Origin: Chamaesiphon sp. VAR_4_metabat_408
GTDB taxonomy: Bacteria; Cyanobacteriota; Cyanobacteriia; Cyanobacteriales; Chamaesiphonaceae
Direction of reading: 5' to 3'
Assembly (NCBI GenBank): GCA_031422115.1
Contig: JANOPX010000103.1
Location: 53,222 to 77,221 of the forward strand
DNA: 24,000 nucleotides
Position 1 is the first letter of the stretch, and the number at the start of each line of letters is the position of its first letter. The notes beneath the pieces were generated by a model, which saw only the letters and a list, made by a program, of their open reading frames with translations, was not told the origin of the DNA and did not search any database. The translations under genes and the position numbers were made by a program. Below are positions 23,606 to 24,000 of the stretch, piece after piece.

Positions 23606-24000
23606 CGGCAAATGAGAATAACTTGTGGGTTGCGAGTTTTTCTGGTGTGGGCGAGAACCCGGAACTGGGGGTTCCGACCCCCAGACTACTTTGTTGAGAG
23701 GGGAGGACGCTCCCCCCTCAAACTCCCCTGCGTATGGATGGCTGGTGTGCTAGCGTAGGCTTCAAATGCACTCCACTTTGGATTTTAGTTGGGAGTTACT
23801 ATACTTTGCACCTCACATCCCTCATCCCTCATCCCATAACAAGCCGAGCGGCAAATGAGAATAACTTGTGGGGTGCGAGTTTTTTTGGTGTGGGCGAGAA
23901 CCCGGAACTGGGGGTTCCGACCCCCAGACCCCCCGCCGGGTGGGGGAAACGTCCCCCCCCCGAACCCCCCTGCGTATGGATGGCTGGTGTGCTAGCGTAG
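23606..24000. repeat. dispersed/tandem structured repeat with 243-bp period (two copies; the second is cut by the window edge)
   Basis: 81-nt block CGGCAAATGAGAATAACTTGTGGG.TGCGAGTTTTT.TGGTGTGGGCGAGAACCCGGAACTGGGGGTTCCGACCCCCAGAC at 23606-23686 and 23849-23929. Block CCTGCGTATGGATGGCTGGTGTGCTAGCGTAG at 23727-23758 and 23969-24000. A CATCCCT x3 heptamer run lies at ~23816-23836 between the copies. Confidence 0.85.

Noticed and set aside
23734-24000. 88-aa + strand ORF open at the right edge.
   Set aside because: It is a translation of the G/C-hairpin repeat (it reproduces the repeat at protein level, for example WMAGVLA), has low-complexity Pro/Gly runs, and has no start context.

Overview
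Cyanobacterial chromosome segment. The HIP1 octamer GCGATCGC and its CGATCG core are very frequent, and thf1/psb29, tatC, trpD, an ABC1 kinase, a PP2C phosphatase and uvrA are present. Housekeeping genes occupy 1-7820 and 20760-23582. Between them lies a visibly AT-richer accessory block. About 10 kb of cargo (7821-17966) sits between an intact uvrA and a decayed, 5'-truncated direct duplicate of the last ~750 nt of uvrA (17967-18913). A HipA-like kinase / HipS-HIRAN pair follows (18996-20680). The cargo contains: (i) an overlapping AAA+ ATPase + signal-less S8 subtilase pair (IetAS-like two-gene defence module) with a LexA-box-like palindrome upstream; (ii) an orphan VapB-like antitoxin, a DUF4926 gene and a DUF433/DUF5615 pair; (iii) a Zorya-like MotA/MotB-type operon (ZorA-, ZorB- and ZorC/EH-signature-like). 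This operon has no ZorD/ZorE-type effector and carries an extra small upstream ORF. It also shows three coding lesions: no usable start plus a homopolymer frameshift in zorA, an in-frame TAG in the zorA tail, and an in-frame TGA in the small ORF. The ZorA-like tail contains three tandem 174-bp (58-aa) repeats. Because the intact uvrA serves as an in-window empty-site control, the uvrA pseudo-copy exposes three tiny insertions, all inside CGATCG/HIP1 motifs. These are a 123-bp MITE (17-bp TIRs, 9-bp TSD) and two inverted 24-25-nt mini-elements. The right edge carries a 243-bp-period structured repeat. All protein-family calls come from reading motifs by eye; no searches were run.
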